64,000 bases of DNA. It comes from Azolla caroliniana (taxonomy: Eukaryota; Plantae; Polypodiophyta). Under the pieces are notes generated by a model. It made no database searches. It saw only the letters and a list, made by a program, of their open reading frames with translations, and was not told the origin of the DNA. A program made the position numbers and the translations under genes. Position 1 is the stretch's first letter; every line of letters begins with the position of its first letter. Positions 12,026 through 25,937 of the stretch are shown piece by piece. The DNA lies in assembly GCA_043228905.1 (NCBI GenBank), contig JBHGNT010000004.1:23622001-23686000 (forward strand). The letters run 5' to 3'.

Positions 12026-13247
12026 TAGCAATTGACAATGGTTTGGTTTGGGGGTCAACGGTGTCGTGAAGATCCATCACTACGTACGGATCGTGAGGTG
12101 GAACCACCGGGGTCCTGGACCGGAAGGATTCGAAGTTTGCACTAAATTTAGCGAGAAAGTATTTAAGATAGATTGAGAGAGATTGATATGACGAAAGAGA
12201 GATATTGAGATAAAGATTGAACTTTTAACTTTTAGATTTAAGAGAGAAGATACATCAACATTAGGATTACAAGTTTCTTATTTTCCCCAAATTTTTCATT
12301 AGTTTCATTTGCTTGATTCCTCCACTCTTTTATAGATGCCCCCATGCACATGGTGCATGTGAGGGTGCAAGACATGCATGTAATGCATGCTTGCCATGTC
12401 ATCATCTAAGCTCTCATGTATGAGAATTTACATGTAAAAGTATAATGATAAAAACATAATTTTTAAGGAAATGACTTGGCTTAGTAGTAAGTATATTGCT
12501 TCCTATCTTGGAGGTGCAAGGTTCAAGCCTTGCTCACATCCCTTTTAAAACACAAAATACTACTAGGCTTTTGGTCTTGTATTTACATCGAAAATCATCA
12601 AAACACCATGCACCGCGATCAACTGACCAATAATGATAAAAGTATAATGATAAAAACATAATTTTTAAGGAAATGACTTGGCTTAATGGTTCCTACCTTG
12701 GAGGTGCAAGGTTCAAGCCTTGTTCACATCCCTTTTAAAACACAAAATACTACTAGGCTTTTGGTCTTGGAACCACACTCGATTTTGTACATTCCATGCA
12801 ATTTTCACACCGTTGCCGAAAATCTTCACGACAATGGTTCGGTTCGGTAAGGTTTGAACCTTTATCGGCTTAACAGTTTCCGGTTTAAACGATTTGGAGT
12901 TGACAATTGATTATTAATTTATTTTCTTGAATTTTGTTTCAAACAATCTTTAAGTCTGAAACCTAATTATGACATTCTAGGAAAACTCTTTAAACATTTG
13001 AATTTTGAAAAATTAAAATTTGATTTTGAATTTTGAATTTTTAAAATTTGACCTAGCTTGAAAACCGAAATTGTGGTTTCAATGGTTTAACGGTTTGAAA
13101 ATCCCTAAAATTGTTTGGTTTCAACTTTTTGTAACGGTTTCATAGTTTGGTTTGGTTTAAGTTTCAATTTCTTTAAATAGTTCGATTTTAAATGGTTCGA
13201 GTTTGACACTCTTGAACTGAACCGAACCGAACCATTGCTGATTGCTA
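12026..13247. mobile_element. Non-autonomous TIR element (hAT/MITE-like, AACCG/CGGTT subterminal repeats) interrupted by a solo LTR
   Basis: Left end TAGCAATTGACAATGGTTTGGTTTGG versus reverse complement of right end TAGCAATCAGCAATGGTTCGGTTCGG; many ggttcgg/aaccg motifs. No clean TSD found. Confidence 0.65.
12062..12833 (-). mobile_element. Solo LTR with 12-bp terminal inverted repeats
   Basis: TGTCGTGAAGAT...ATCTTCACGACA; flanks ACGG/ATGG (one mismatch); minus-strand CTATAAAAG near 12326-12334; internal duplication with ~190-bp period. Confidence 0.7.
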
Positions 13248-13361
13248 GCAGTGAGCATTGATTCATGTAATGCATGACAATGTTTATGCAGCTAACGATT
13301 ATTATCTTCTAATGCATGCCTCATCTTATACACATAAGCTTGTTGATAATTACACATTTAT

Positions 13362-16300
13362 TGTTAGGTTTTTCTGTCCACATTAGTATGTAAATGAAAT
13401 GGGCCTTAGACGCCGAAAACTTGTATTTTTTAAAATATAGTGTGAAAGGGGTTCACACAAGAAGACGTTACATATCTACACTATGTAACTCATTCTTTTG
13501 GGTGCGTTAAAAAGGGAAAAAAAAAAGTGCATTTCTCTAGAGTAGCAGAGAAAAACAAATTTTAGAGAGCTTATACTTTCTTTCTTGGCTGACTCCTTCA
13601 AGCATTCTCAAGTACACCAACATACTCAGACATCCGAACATCGCCGCCTCTGTCATCAGCCACGTGCTGTGAGTTTTGGTGGTTTTTGTGTTTTTTGTGT
13701 TTTTTGTTGAGTTTAGTTTTTGAGGAAACATCATATTCCTCGATTTCTCATAGTACTCTAACTTGTTTAGAGTAGAACTTTGGTGTATTCAGATTTATAT
13801 CGATAATGAATTAGTTTTGGACTAGGTCTCGTGGTTTTTACCTCTTTGAGGGTTTTCCACGGTAAAAAATATGTGGTGTATCGTGTATTGATTTGTTGTG
13901 TATCTCTCTTGCTTTCTTTTAAATATTGCACAACATATTTTCTGTTTTACATAAGTGTTTAAGTGCTATTAAGTTTCGGAACAAGTGGTATCAGAGCAGA
14001 GGTTGAGCACTTCTTATGGAGGCAAATTTTTCCACAATGGTTTGCTTGAACGACACCAACTACCACAAATGGAAAGGTAAGATGAAAGATCTTCTTTTTG
14101 TGAAAAATCTACACTTACCTATTTTTGCATATGCTAAATCGGAGAGCAAAACTATTGAGGAATGGCATTTCGAGAATCAACAAGTATGTGGTTTTATTCG
14201 ACAATGGGTGGGAGATAATGTCTTAAACCATATTGCGAATGAAACTAATGCTAAAGCTCTATGGAATAAACTCGAAACATTGTATGCATCAAAGATAGGT
14301 AACAATAAGTTATTTTTGCTTAAACAAGCAATGCATTTAGTGTATAAAGAAGGTAGTACCATTTTAGATCATCTAAATGAATTTCAAGGATGTTTCGACC
14401 AACTTTTTGGTATGGGAGTGAAATTTGATGATGAGATTAATGCATTATGGTTGTTAAACACTCTCCCTGATTCATGGGAAACTTTTAGGGTATCTCTAAC
14501 TAATACAACCCCAAATGGAATTGTAACTACGGAATATGTCAAGAGCGGTGTTCTAAAAGAGGAGATGAGATGAAGGACACAAGGGACATCCTCAGATTCG
14601 GAAGTCTTGATGGTTGAGAGAGGGAGGAGTAAGCATACAAGCCAAGGTCAAAACAATCGAGGGAGGAGTAGAAGTAAATCAAAACCAAGGTTACCGTATA
14701 AAAATCTAGAATGTCATTTTTGTGGTAAAACATGACACATAAAGAGGTATTGTTACAAGTGGAAAAAGGAGAACCACACATCTAACTGTAAGCATGAAAA
14801 CAAAGGTAACGATGATAATTCTAATCGTGTTAATACAACTTCCTCAGATGATTTACTTGTTTTCTATGATGAAAACGTAAGTAATCTTGCTCACAATGAA
14901 ACTAATTGGGTTGTTGATAGTGGAGCATTGTTCCATGTCACATCTAGAAGGGAGTTTTTTACTTCTTATGCTTCAAGGGATTTCGGAGTTGTGAAGATGG
15001 GAAATGATGGTCTTTCAAAGGTGGTAGGCATCGAGACTATTTGTTTGGAAACCAACACGGGTTCAAAGTTGATTCTCAAGGAGGTAAGACATGTACCCGA
15101 CATTCGTTTACATCTTATCTCAACCGGTAGATTAGATGATGATGGCTATTGCAACATCTTCAATGAGGGAGAATGGAAACTCACTAAGGGCTCATTGGTT
15201 GTAGCTCGTGGTAAGAAATGCTCTAGTTTGTATTTATCACAAGCATCTATCTCTACTAAGCTTGTGAATGCAGCTGAAAGCAACAATATGTCAGAACTAT
15301 GGCATAAAAGGTTGTCTCATATTAGTGAGAAGGGGTTTGATTTCCTAGCAAAGAAAAGCTTGCTTCTGGGTCTAAAAGATGCTAAGTTAGACATGTGCAA
15401 TCATTGTGTGGTAGGAAAGCAAAGAAGAGTCGTATTCAAACAACATTCTTCTTCAAGAAAGGAAGAGGTACTTGAGTTGGTACATTCAGATGTTTGTGGT
15501 CCTTTAAAGGTAAAATCAATAGGTGGTACACTCTATTTCGTTACTTTTATTGATGACTATTCTAGGAAACTTTGGATCCGAACATTGAAAACTAAGGACC
15601 AAGTATTTAATGTGTTCAAAGAATTTCATGCTTATGTAGAAAGAGGGACAGGAAAAAAGTTGAAATGCATTCGCACTGACAATGGTGGGGAATACCTTGG
15701 ATCTTTCGTTGCATACTGTCGAGAGCATGGGATTAAGCATCAAAAGACACCACCAAAAACCCCACAACTAAATGGCTTGGCATAAAGGATGAATAGAACT
15801 CTAGTTGAAAGAGTTTGATGCTTTCTCTCGGATGCGAAGTTATCCAAATCCTTTTGGGGTGAGGTTTTGAGTACTGTTGCATATGTTATTAACCTATCTC
15901 CTACTGTTGCATTGTAGGGCGACGTTCCTAATAGAGTTTGGTATGGTACGAATGTTTCATATGATCATTTACATGTGTTTGGGTGTAAATGTTTTGCACA
16001 TATACCTAAAGATGAACGGTCTAAGTTAGATGGTAAATCTAAAGAATGTATTTTTATTGGTTATGGCCAAGATGAGTTTGGTTATAGATGTTATGACCCA
16101 ATAGCAAGGAAGCTTATTCGAAGTCGTGATGTGGTATTTGTTGAGGATCAAACTATCGAAGATATTGAAAAGGTCAAAGGATCCAACACCCAAGTAGATG
16201 GTGGGCTTATAGATTTTGACCCGATTCCTATGACCGAAGATGCTACATATGGAGATGCTTCCCAACAAGACGAAAACCGTGAGGATGTTGATGAACCAGG

Positions 16301-18696
16301 TATTATAAATAGTAGGGTTGAAGCTAATCATGATGACATTTTACCACAAACAGGTTTTGAGTGGGGGGAGCAAACTTCCTTACAAGATGTGATCAATGAA
16401 CAACCTATAAGGTCTACCAGAGAACGAAAACCATCTGTAAGGTATCCTAGTTCATATTATGTCTTAATCTCTGACGAGGGGGAGCCTGAAAGTTATTATG
16501 ACATTTTAAACCATAAAGATAAGGATGATTGGATAAAAGCCATGCACGACGTAATGAACTCATTAAAGAAAAATAATACCTTTGATTTAGTAGAACTTCC
16601 TAAGGGAAGAAAAGTTTAAATTGAAAAATAAATGGGTGTTTAAGTTAAAACAAGGTGATGGTAACCTTGTAAAACATAAGGCTCGTTTAGTTGTAAAAGG
16701 TTTCGGCCAAAAGAAAGGTATTGATTTTGATGAAATTTTTTCACCAGTTGTGAAAATGAGTTCTATTCGAGTTGTTTTAGGTTTGGCAACCACTTCAAAT
16801 CTCGAGATTAAGCAGCTCGATGTAAAGACAACTTTCTTGCATGGAGACTTGAAAGAAGAGATCTACATGGAACAACCGGAGGGTTTCGAAGAGAAAGGAA
16901 AGGAGCATATGGTATGCAAGCTGAGGAAAAGTCTTTACGGCCTAAAACAAGCACCACGATAATGATATAGAAGGTTTGATTCATTTATGGCGAGTCAAAA
17001 CTACACCAAGACTAATGGAGATCATTGTGTGTATTTTAAGCATATTTTTGAAGGTAATTTTATAATTCTCCTATTGTATGTTGATGATATGCTAATTGTA
17101 GGACAAGATGTAGACAATATCCACAAGTTAAAGGTGGATCTATCTAAGGCCTTTGACATGAAAGATCTAGGCCATGCTAAACATATTCTAGGCATGCAAA
17201 ATTACTCACAATAGGGAATGTGGAAAGTTGTGGCTTTCCCAAGAAAAATACATAGAGCGAGTATTAGAGAGGTTTAATATGCATAATGCAAAACCAGTAA
17301 GTACCCCCCTTGCTAGCCATTTTAAATTATGTAGAAAAGATTGTCCACATACTGAGCAAGAGAAAGAAGAGATGTCTTCAATTCCTTACTCTTCATCGAT
17401 TGGTTGTTGATGTATGCTATGGTTAGCACAAGGCCAGATATTGCCCATGCTGTTAGTGTTGTAAGTAGATATCTCTCCAATCTGGGTAAGCCTCATTGGG
17501 ATACCGTAAAATGGATCTTTCGATATTTAAGAGGTACATTGAAATTATGTTTATGTTTTGGAGATTCTAAACAAACTCTTGAAGGTTTTTCATATTCAGA
17601 TATGGCAGGGGATCTCGATGGGAGAAAATCTACTTTGACTTACTTATTTACATTTGCAGGGGGAGCTGTATCATGGCAATCTAAGTTGCAAAAATGTGTT
17701 GCTTTGTCTACAGCAGAAGCGGAATATATTGCAGCCACTGAAGCTGCCAAAGAGATGCTATGGTTGAAAAGGTTTGTTTCAAATTTGGGTTTAAGACAAC
17801 TAACTTATGTGATATTTTGTGACAGCCAAAGTGCAATGGATCTAAGCAAGAACTCGATGTACCATTCTCGTACGAAACATATCAATGTAAGGTATCATTG
17901 GTTGCACTCGGCAATTGAAGATCAACTTCTACAACTCAAGAAAATTCACACAGATGAAAATGTTGCTGACATGTTGACAAAGGTAGTCTCTAAAGAAAAG
18001 CTTGAGCTATGTGTCAAGCTTGTTGGAATGAATAGAAACTAAGTGGTTCAATGGAATCTTCTCCTATGTGGCCAGAGGGGGAGATTGTTAGGTTTTTTTG
18101 TCAACATTAGTATGTAAATGAAATGGGCCTTGGACGCCCAAAACTTGTATTTTTTAAAATATAGTGTGAAAGGGGTTCACACAAGAAGACGTTACATATC
18201 TACACTATGTAACTCATTCTTTTGGGTGAGTTAAAAAGGGGAAAAAAATGTGCATTTCTCTAGAGTAGCAGAGAAAAACATATTTTAGAGAGCTTATACT
18301 CTCTTTCTTGGTTGATTCCTTCAAGCATTCTCAAGTACACCAGCATACTCAGACATCCGGACATCGCCGCCTCTGTCATCAGCCATGTGTTGTGAGTTTT
18401 GGTGGTTTTTGTCTTTTTTGTTGAGTTTAGTTTTTGAAGAAACATCATATTCCTCGATTTCTCATAGTACTCTAACTTGTTTAGAGTAGAACTTTGGTGT
18501 ATTCAGATTTATATTGATAGTGAATTAGTTTGGACTAGGTCCCGTGGTTTTTACCTGTTTGAGGGTTTTCCACGTTAAAAAATATGTGGTGTATCGTGTA
18601 TTGATTTGTTGTGTATCTCTCTTGCTTTCTTTTAAATATTGCACAACATATTTTCTGTTTTACATAAGTGTTTAAGTGCTATTAAGTTTCGGAACA
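13362..18696 (+). mobile_element. Full-length decayed Ty1/copia LTR retrotransposon (Tnt1/Tork-like)
   Basis: LTRs 13362-13983 and 18086-18696 (TGTTAGG...GGAACA), TSD TTTAT/TTTGT, PBS TGGTATCAGAGC 13986-13997, PPT AGAGGGGGAGA 18074-18084. Confidence 0.97.
14016..18042 (+). pseudogene. copia gag-PR-IN-RT-RNaseH polyprotein with stops and frameshifts
   Basis: Gag LPDSWE; protease WVVDSGA; GAG-pre-integrase LWHKRL; integrase VHSDVCGP...RTDNGGEY; RT SLYGLKQAPR, LLYVDDML; RNaseH VSWQSKLQ...ADMLTK; split over at least 7 ORFs. Confidence 0.96.
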
Positions 18697-20221
18697 TTTG
18701 TAATTCTTGCAATTTAAGCTCATCAAAATGCTTTTAATCCTCTAATGTTACTAATCCCTTGGCCAATAATTCAACAAATTATTACATCTATCCATCAAAT
18801 TTATCATAGCAATTAATGTTTGTCTTTTGAATGAATCATGTTGTATCGGATTATGTCTAACCACTTTTTGCACACCCCACACAATACATCCTTAAACTTG
18901 AACATGGTCATAAGTTCAACCAACAATTGTCTCATATATCTATGGAGGACTTCATGATGGAAGAAAGATTAATTAAATTTCATAGGGGGTTTTCTCAATA
19001 TGTCATGAAAACAAGGCATTGACTATTGAGTAAATTTAAATACAAGTGGAAAATTATCAAACAAGACTTGCTCATGTAATTGTAATACTCCATATCTTTG
19101 GCAAGATATTTGAATTGTGCATTATGTACATTTGATCCATCCTACTCCATCTAGATATATAGCGTATATTGAAATGTGTACCCAAATCATTCCATGAATC
19201 CATTATCACCTTTCAAGACTTCAAGCTCAAATTGCTCCTGTGCTTGTAAATATAGGAAATCCATGAGAGAGTGTGGAGATACTTTGCATCTTACATTAAA
19301 ATCCCCCATGATGGTCCCTACTCATCCATGCCTAAGGACAAGAGCCAAAGACAGCTATAATAACATATATTTCCAAAATACATTTGATGCATATATTCAA
19401 ACCAACCATATTTATTCTCCTTCATAAACTATTTGTACTACAAAAATATTTGCCTTAGACATTTCTTGTTATAACATATGGTGGGATCTTATGCCTCATA
19501 AGCATTAGAACGCCTGAATAATCATGTGGATTTATCTTGGCATAACATGCATTAACCATGTGTTCCACTACACATCATACATCTCATTGAATTTGTGACA
19601 AAGTACAACATATCTCATGCATCTTAAATTAGGAGCTAGATCCTCATGCATTCCATGTAGTTACCATCATTTTGTAATGTTTCGTTTTGACCTTATTGTG
19701 TCTCTTTGCTTCATTGTAAAGTTTCTACCAAATCTCCTAAAACCATAAGGATTACTTGATTATATCTTTTTGTTGAAGTAGATGGGGAATCACTAGAGCA
19801 TTGTATTTTTTCTTACATTTATTTGAGAGAATATTCACCCTACTTTCATTGTCAAATGTCAACCTCTTTGGGGATTATAAACTAGGTGTCCTATTGTTCT
19901 ATGAACCACTTGGTTGCCCCATCACCTTCTTATTCTCACCCATTTTATTCATCCCACCTTGATTATACACTCCATGAGTATGAATCATCCGTTGACTTCT
20001 AACCTTTATCCTTCACCCCACCATGGTTACCCAATTGGTCCACTAGTGCATGCTCTTTTTGCTTTAGATTTACCAACGGGTGATCCTCCATTACCATTTT
20101 AACACCATGGCACTCTATAATTGTATCATTTTGTGGAGACTCTATCATAAAGTAGTGTAAAACATGTGGCTCTACATATCGATGTGTCTAGGGTGGATGA
20201 TGAAACTGTCAAGAGAGAGCT

Positions 20222-20682
20222 AGAGAAGGTGGATCAAGTAATGTGTAATCCTCGTTCCATGGAGTTGGAGTTCCCATGTCCTCCCAACATTTATGACATG
20301 GTGCACTTCCAACCCAATAAGCTAAGCTATAGTCAAAGGGGCACAATTTGTCATTTGCACACTATTTAAGCTTGTCCATTACTTATTTGAGCAAACCAAC
20401 ATTGTTAATGTCTTCTTGTTTCTAATTGCAAGATCAAACCAACATGGGTGTACAATGGATGATTAAATCGTCAAGGAAGAGGTTGAGAAGGTGGGTCATG
20501 TAATTTGTTATCTAGTCCCATGTAGTTGCAATTCCAGTGTCCTCCCAACATTTACCACGTGATAAACTTCCAACCTATTAAGCTAAACTATAGTCAAAGG
20601 GGTGTATTTGTTTATATGCACACTATTTGAGCTTAACCAAATACTGATTTGAGCAAACCAACATTGTTAATGTCTTCTTGCT
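20222..20682. repeat. Two-copy ~260-bp direct repeat inside a degraded retroelement-like region
   Basis: gagaaggtgg.tca.gtaat...gtcctcccaacattta...tttgagcaaaccaacattgttaatgtcttcttg occurs twice. Confidence 0.8.
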
Positions 20683-21859
20683 ACCAAGTGCAAGAGGATG
20701 AAATGGAAAGTTGTCATTGTCTTTCATGGGGAAGGCTCCATACTCATAGTAAGATAGAGAGGGTCACTGATTTCGAGGGAAAGAAGACCACGAAGTGAGA
20801 ATGTCCTAACCATGTAGGACTATAATATAACCTAGACCAACAAGCATGCAAACAAGAAAACAAAAGAAAATTAATCTGAATCAAGTTAGATTAATTGAGC
20901 AAAGTAGGATTACAACTCCCAAAATTGAGGGCATGGTTCCAAAACATAGGATTGCAAGTAGGGATCATTATTCCAAAATGAGAAAAGGTAGGATTACAAT
21001 AAGTTGAGGTGTGGATTCTCAAGTCATTCTATGCAAGGGGAGTTGATGATCAATTCAACTTTCATGCCAAAGCACTAGAATTCCTTGCCCTCAAACTACA
21101 CGTGAAAATCTTTACCAGCTGGGCTGTTAAGGATGTACTATATAATTCAAAGGGCTTAGGGATGTTGTGTTTCAAGTGATTAGACGCCATCCACCTCTCA
21201 TATCATCATATTAATTAGACTTCACTATCACATTCAAAATTTGAAGCTTCTCTCAATCTCCTTCACTAACGGAGAGCTCAATTGCAACTCTTGAGCAAAA
21301 TGGGAAGTTTTCGATTATGCCATTAGCTTGAGGTCATAACTCCACTTTTCTGTGTGCCTCATCTTATCACTACTCTCAACAGAACGAAATGAGTACTACT
21401 GGATTATGTTATAAATTTTCACTCTAACAGTAAGTTGTTGATTCAGTGGAGGTTGCTAAACAATAACGGTACATCTCATAATTTTACATAAAAATCCCAA
21501 GAACAGAAAGATTATCTCAATAAGGTAGATAGTAGACAAAAAAATAAAAATAAACTGTTTTTGTAGAAAAAATCAAAAAGATCACGGCTTTGTTTCACTT
21601 CCAATTTAAAACCAAGTTCAAAGAGTTCATGATTATGTGTATGTATCAAAACAATTCCCTTCGACCCCAATACCATGTTGTTCTGACTCTTTGTTAGAGG
21701 CAGATAACATGCTTCTTTGTGTGTGACAATTACACATTGTAACTAAAAAAAATGTGAATAATACAAAGATTTGTTTAGGGCAACGCCTTGTTCTTTACAG
21801 CTCAATATTGTGTTTCCATTAATCAATTGGATGTACAAATTTGATTCACCAAAACTTGG

Positions 21860-24800
21860 TTAATGTTCCACATCCAAGAATCCTACCAAGCATTTCTCCA
21901 AAAGATACTCTGCATTCACCCAGCTGTGATATTTGTCTGTTATTTCTGTTAAGACTTTACTCCAAATTATTTAAGCATATAAGAAAATAAAAGATATTAG
22001 GAACATTCCAATTTGTACATATTTATCGCCACTGCTGTGAGAACTGTGCAGAGCGTATGTATACATCCACAAGCAGACATGACATGAAAAGTTTATAAGC
22101 AAGGCATGAAATGGATGAATTCGTTGAAGACAAATAATGAATATGCTGTGTGAATAAAAATAAAGTCATTAATTTTGAAGGATACTAAATAGAGCAGTAC
22201 AATCTTTACCGCTTCCTTTCATGAGCATATCTGAACCTGAAAACTCACCAAAAAACGTGAAATGAACAACAGCATGGATTTAATTTCTTAATAACAGCTT
22301 TAAATTGTTAAAGAATCGAAACTGCATACCTCCAGGGTGAAATTTAAGGTAGCGTGTTATGTTATAGACCCGCCCTTTTAACACTGTCCAAGCATCGTCT
22401 TCACTCCTATGCAGTTTTATTTCACTCATAGGAATTAACCTTCTATTTGTCCCACCTTTCAAACCTGCAATACAAAACATTCGAAAGCAAATTCTTTCAT
22501 GCCATAATCATAAGATTACAAAATCCTTCAATACCTAGCCACTGTTCTTCTGTTGCAATTGGAATTTTAGCTTTGTTACAAAGAAAGACATACAACAAGC
22601 AATGGCAATGGCTTTACAAGATTGTGGACAATGAAATCACTACTCACATGAGACTTATATATAAGGAACTAGTTCCCCTCACTTGCACCTTCAAGGAATC
22701 AGACCATCAACCAAGGGGATTTAATCTCTTCCTGGTGTGATTTTTTAGCTTTGTGACAAAGAAAGACATACAACAAGCAATGGCTTTACAAGATCATGGG
22801 CAATGAAATCACTACTCACATGACCATTATAAGGAACTAGTTCCCCTCACCTGCACCTTCAAGGAATCGGACCATCAACCAAGGAGGAATTAAGGAATAA
22901 TATGTTCTTGGTGTGAATAGGAATCATAAAAATATTCAGAACCCACGGTTGTATTTGTTTATCCTTTTATCACCTCAATTCGTATCTAGGAAGTTTGCCG
23001 GCAGTTGTTCACACAACTTAAAGAAGTCGTTGGTTGTCCTGCATCATTGCACATAATAGGCAGCCTAGACAGCTGCTGTATGTCCCAGAACGAATTCTAT
23101 TGTTCAAAAGCATAGTGTATTTTTGTATTTCTTTTGCATGTCTCCTAAAAAAGTAGCAGTTTAGGATAAGAATAAACCAGATTATTAAGGATATTGCAAC
23201 CTTTAAGCTAGAAGCATCTTTGGAGAACTAAAATTGGTGTGAAGAATCAAAGGAATTCATGATTGAGAAAGTAAGAGCAAAAAATTCAAAAAGATGAAAA
23301 AGAAGGCCATAAAAAAATGATCATAGAAATGGACAGCTTATACACAAAGGGAAAGTTTGTGTAAGGAGAAAGATGTGGAAGTTTCATGATAAAATTTCAG
23401 ACCACCTCATAACAACCTGGCTGTTGATGTTAGGTATGATTTGCATCTTATCATGCAAATTTATGATTTTCGGTATCCTTTAAATTTCTAGATTTTTCCA
23501 CAAAAATGCCAAAGAATTTATGTTCTGATTCTGTGTAGATCATTTATGGTCAATTTTTTTTTTTCTGAATACATTCACAAACTATTTATTAGCAGAAATT
23601 TCTTTATTGTGATCCCAAGAAACTCGTTTATGTATTGAATGTGCATGTCATAGACACAATCGCTGGAAGGGACAGGACCTGGGATGCAAAATGTCTGTTC
23701 ATTTATAAATACAAACAAAAGATCATATTGAAGTGTCCTCATCATTGAGAAAGTATCAGTGGTCACAAACTTCATCTATACACAGAAAGTGCTATGTTCG
23801 GTTTTAAATTCTAAGAAAGAGTACTCTCAAACTCTAGAGCTAAGTGAACAAACTCCTAAACTCAAATCAACAAAAGGATCTATAACATTTCTATGCTAGA
23901 TACATAATTCACACCTCTCTTTGTGACCACAATTGCAATATCTGAAACAAGAATCATGCTCCAATAAAAATGTGAGAAATTTTGATATTATAAACGATTG
24001 GAAAGTACGGAGCACGTATCAAATCCAAATAATTTAGTCTGGCACTACCTGAAGGGAGGACAATGGACACATTTTGAGTGGGCTGAGTAGGACACAAGAC
24101 GATCAAGAATCAGAACAGTCCAGGAACTAGGCATAGGATGAAACATGAAATCTGACGGCCAACCATATGATATAAAACCGAATGGAAGGACACGAACGTC
24201 ATACAAACCAAGAAAAATCTTATGATTTTTGACATTCAGGAAGCTAGCAAAGGAATGATTTTTAACATTCACTTATCCACTCACTTATAACTAGCAAAAA
24301 TGCAAGTCAGTTGTATGTCTACAATACATTGCATTGTTTGTTACCAAGCACATGTCAGCCCAGACATTGCTCAAGTTTGAGCTGAACTTTATATACATGT
24401 TTCTGGAAAATAACACATGTCTTGATTTTGCAGAAAGGTGCTTTGCTTTATAAGACAAATTGTTCTCTTAGATGAACTTCACCATTATCATAACAAGATG
24501 CCAATTTGTTCCCTGTCTTCAGCAGCACTGATACAGATAATCGACTCCCACCTTTCTTCATGCAGGTTGCATTTTTCTGATCCCTGGCAAGGAAGCACTT
24601 CAGCAACCACATACTGTTACTGACAAGAGGTGTCATCACACTGAAGGATACTTTAATTTACGGAAAATTAGGTTCATGTCGCGTAGTGATAGCAGCAAAC
24701 TCATACAAGGATCTCAGGTACGTTCATGAAATCCTAGTGGCACCCCCCTAGTTTCCCTTTCATAGACGTATTCACTCTGTCTTTCTTACAATGTTTCTGT

Positions 24801-25937
24801 AAGCTATGTGTCCATTGCCCAACCCTGCCCGCAGGTCTCTTACGTGACTCTAGGAAACGCCTTCCAGCACAATGACTGGTGACACTAGTAACTATACCTA
24901 TTAATTCCAGCACAATGAGGGGCGATATGCCATCAATCAATCCCTCTCACTCTCTCATTCATGTTTAGAGCATAACAGATGAAACATTCATTGCTATCAC
25001 AAAAATATAAAACAAACATTTATTATCAATACCCATGACAAAAGCATACATGAGAAGACAAGGAGATATGTGTCTATGTGAATAAAAGTCATTTACATGT
25101 GCTGGATTTGTATGAATACAGATTTGTAAAATCTAATAAAGTTTTAAATGTATATCTTGTTGCATGTACAGATGTATATGTAGATGCATGCATCTGTGCA
25201 TAAGTCTATACATGTATGCATGAAACAATGTCAATGCTTATTGTTTGAATGTTTCTAGCCTTGAAATGTAAACATTCTTTGTGGGTCTTCACCTCACTTT
25301 TTTTTCAACTCATAATATAATGTTTTGCTTAAAAAATTATACATGTATGTATGCATATGATAAATACCTGCGAGATCGGGCTCTATCTTAGTAAGCCTTA
25401 GCCAGTCCACTTGTGTAAAACCCCTCTCCAAAGGAACCTTGGCTCGAGGTTTGGGTTTTGCAATCGACGCTTGGGATCCATCACTAGAGAACTTGGGAAC
25501 AGGTGGATTAGTAGTAGAAACCAAATCCTCAGAGGAAGAAGCCGAATCATGTGTGCCATTATCCCCACTTTTTGGAGCCGGTGAGATGCTTATGGTTTCA
25601 ATAACCTCTACTGCAGCAGCTTGTATCGATATGGTATCAGATATATTTTGTTCATTACTATCATCACAATCATCATCGGCAACATCACTTATGAGAGGCA
25701 ATGGAGGAGGACTAGGCATAGGCTTTGGAGACTCAATATCCTCATCTTCTGCAAGTGGGTTACCCTGCACTGGAATTCCATGTCTCATAGCCATTCCCCG
25801 CCCAAGCAAACAAATAAACAAAAGCAAAACAAGAGAAAAAACTACCCAAAAAAAAAAACAAAAAAAACTCTTTTCTGGTAGAAAGGGAGGCATAAAGGTG
25901 TTACCTTGTGAAATGAGAAGTCTAGGGTTTGCTCCAT
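21860..25937 (-). CDS. RLF: Cytochrome b5-like heme-binding domain protein, RLF-like (230 aa). Exons 25937-25905, 25764-25368, 22464-22330, 22236-22186, 21936-21860
   Basis: GT-AG introns with consistent phases (693 nt CDS). [11 protein letters not shown] start; [22 protein letters not shown]; [21 protein letters not shown]; [27 protein letters not shown] with both heme-ligating His. Exon-2 acceptor is inferred. Confidence 0.9.
22565..22918. repeat. Two-copy ~178-bp tandem duplication in RLF intron 2
   Basis: ttttagctttgt.acaaagaaagacatacaacaagc...caccttcaaggaatc.gaccatcaaccaagg occurs twice. Confidence 0.88.

Noticed and set aside
18900-21400. Possible degraded gypsy gag/protease and LTR
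   Set aside because: Only a faint GSxHNxxF-like trace near 19100-19140; boundaries and motifs cannot be supported.
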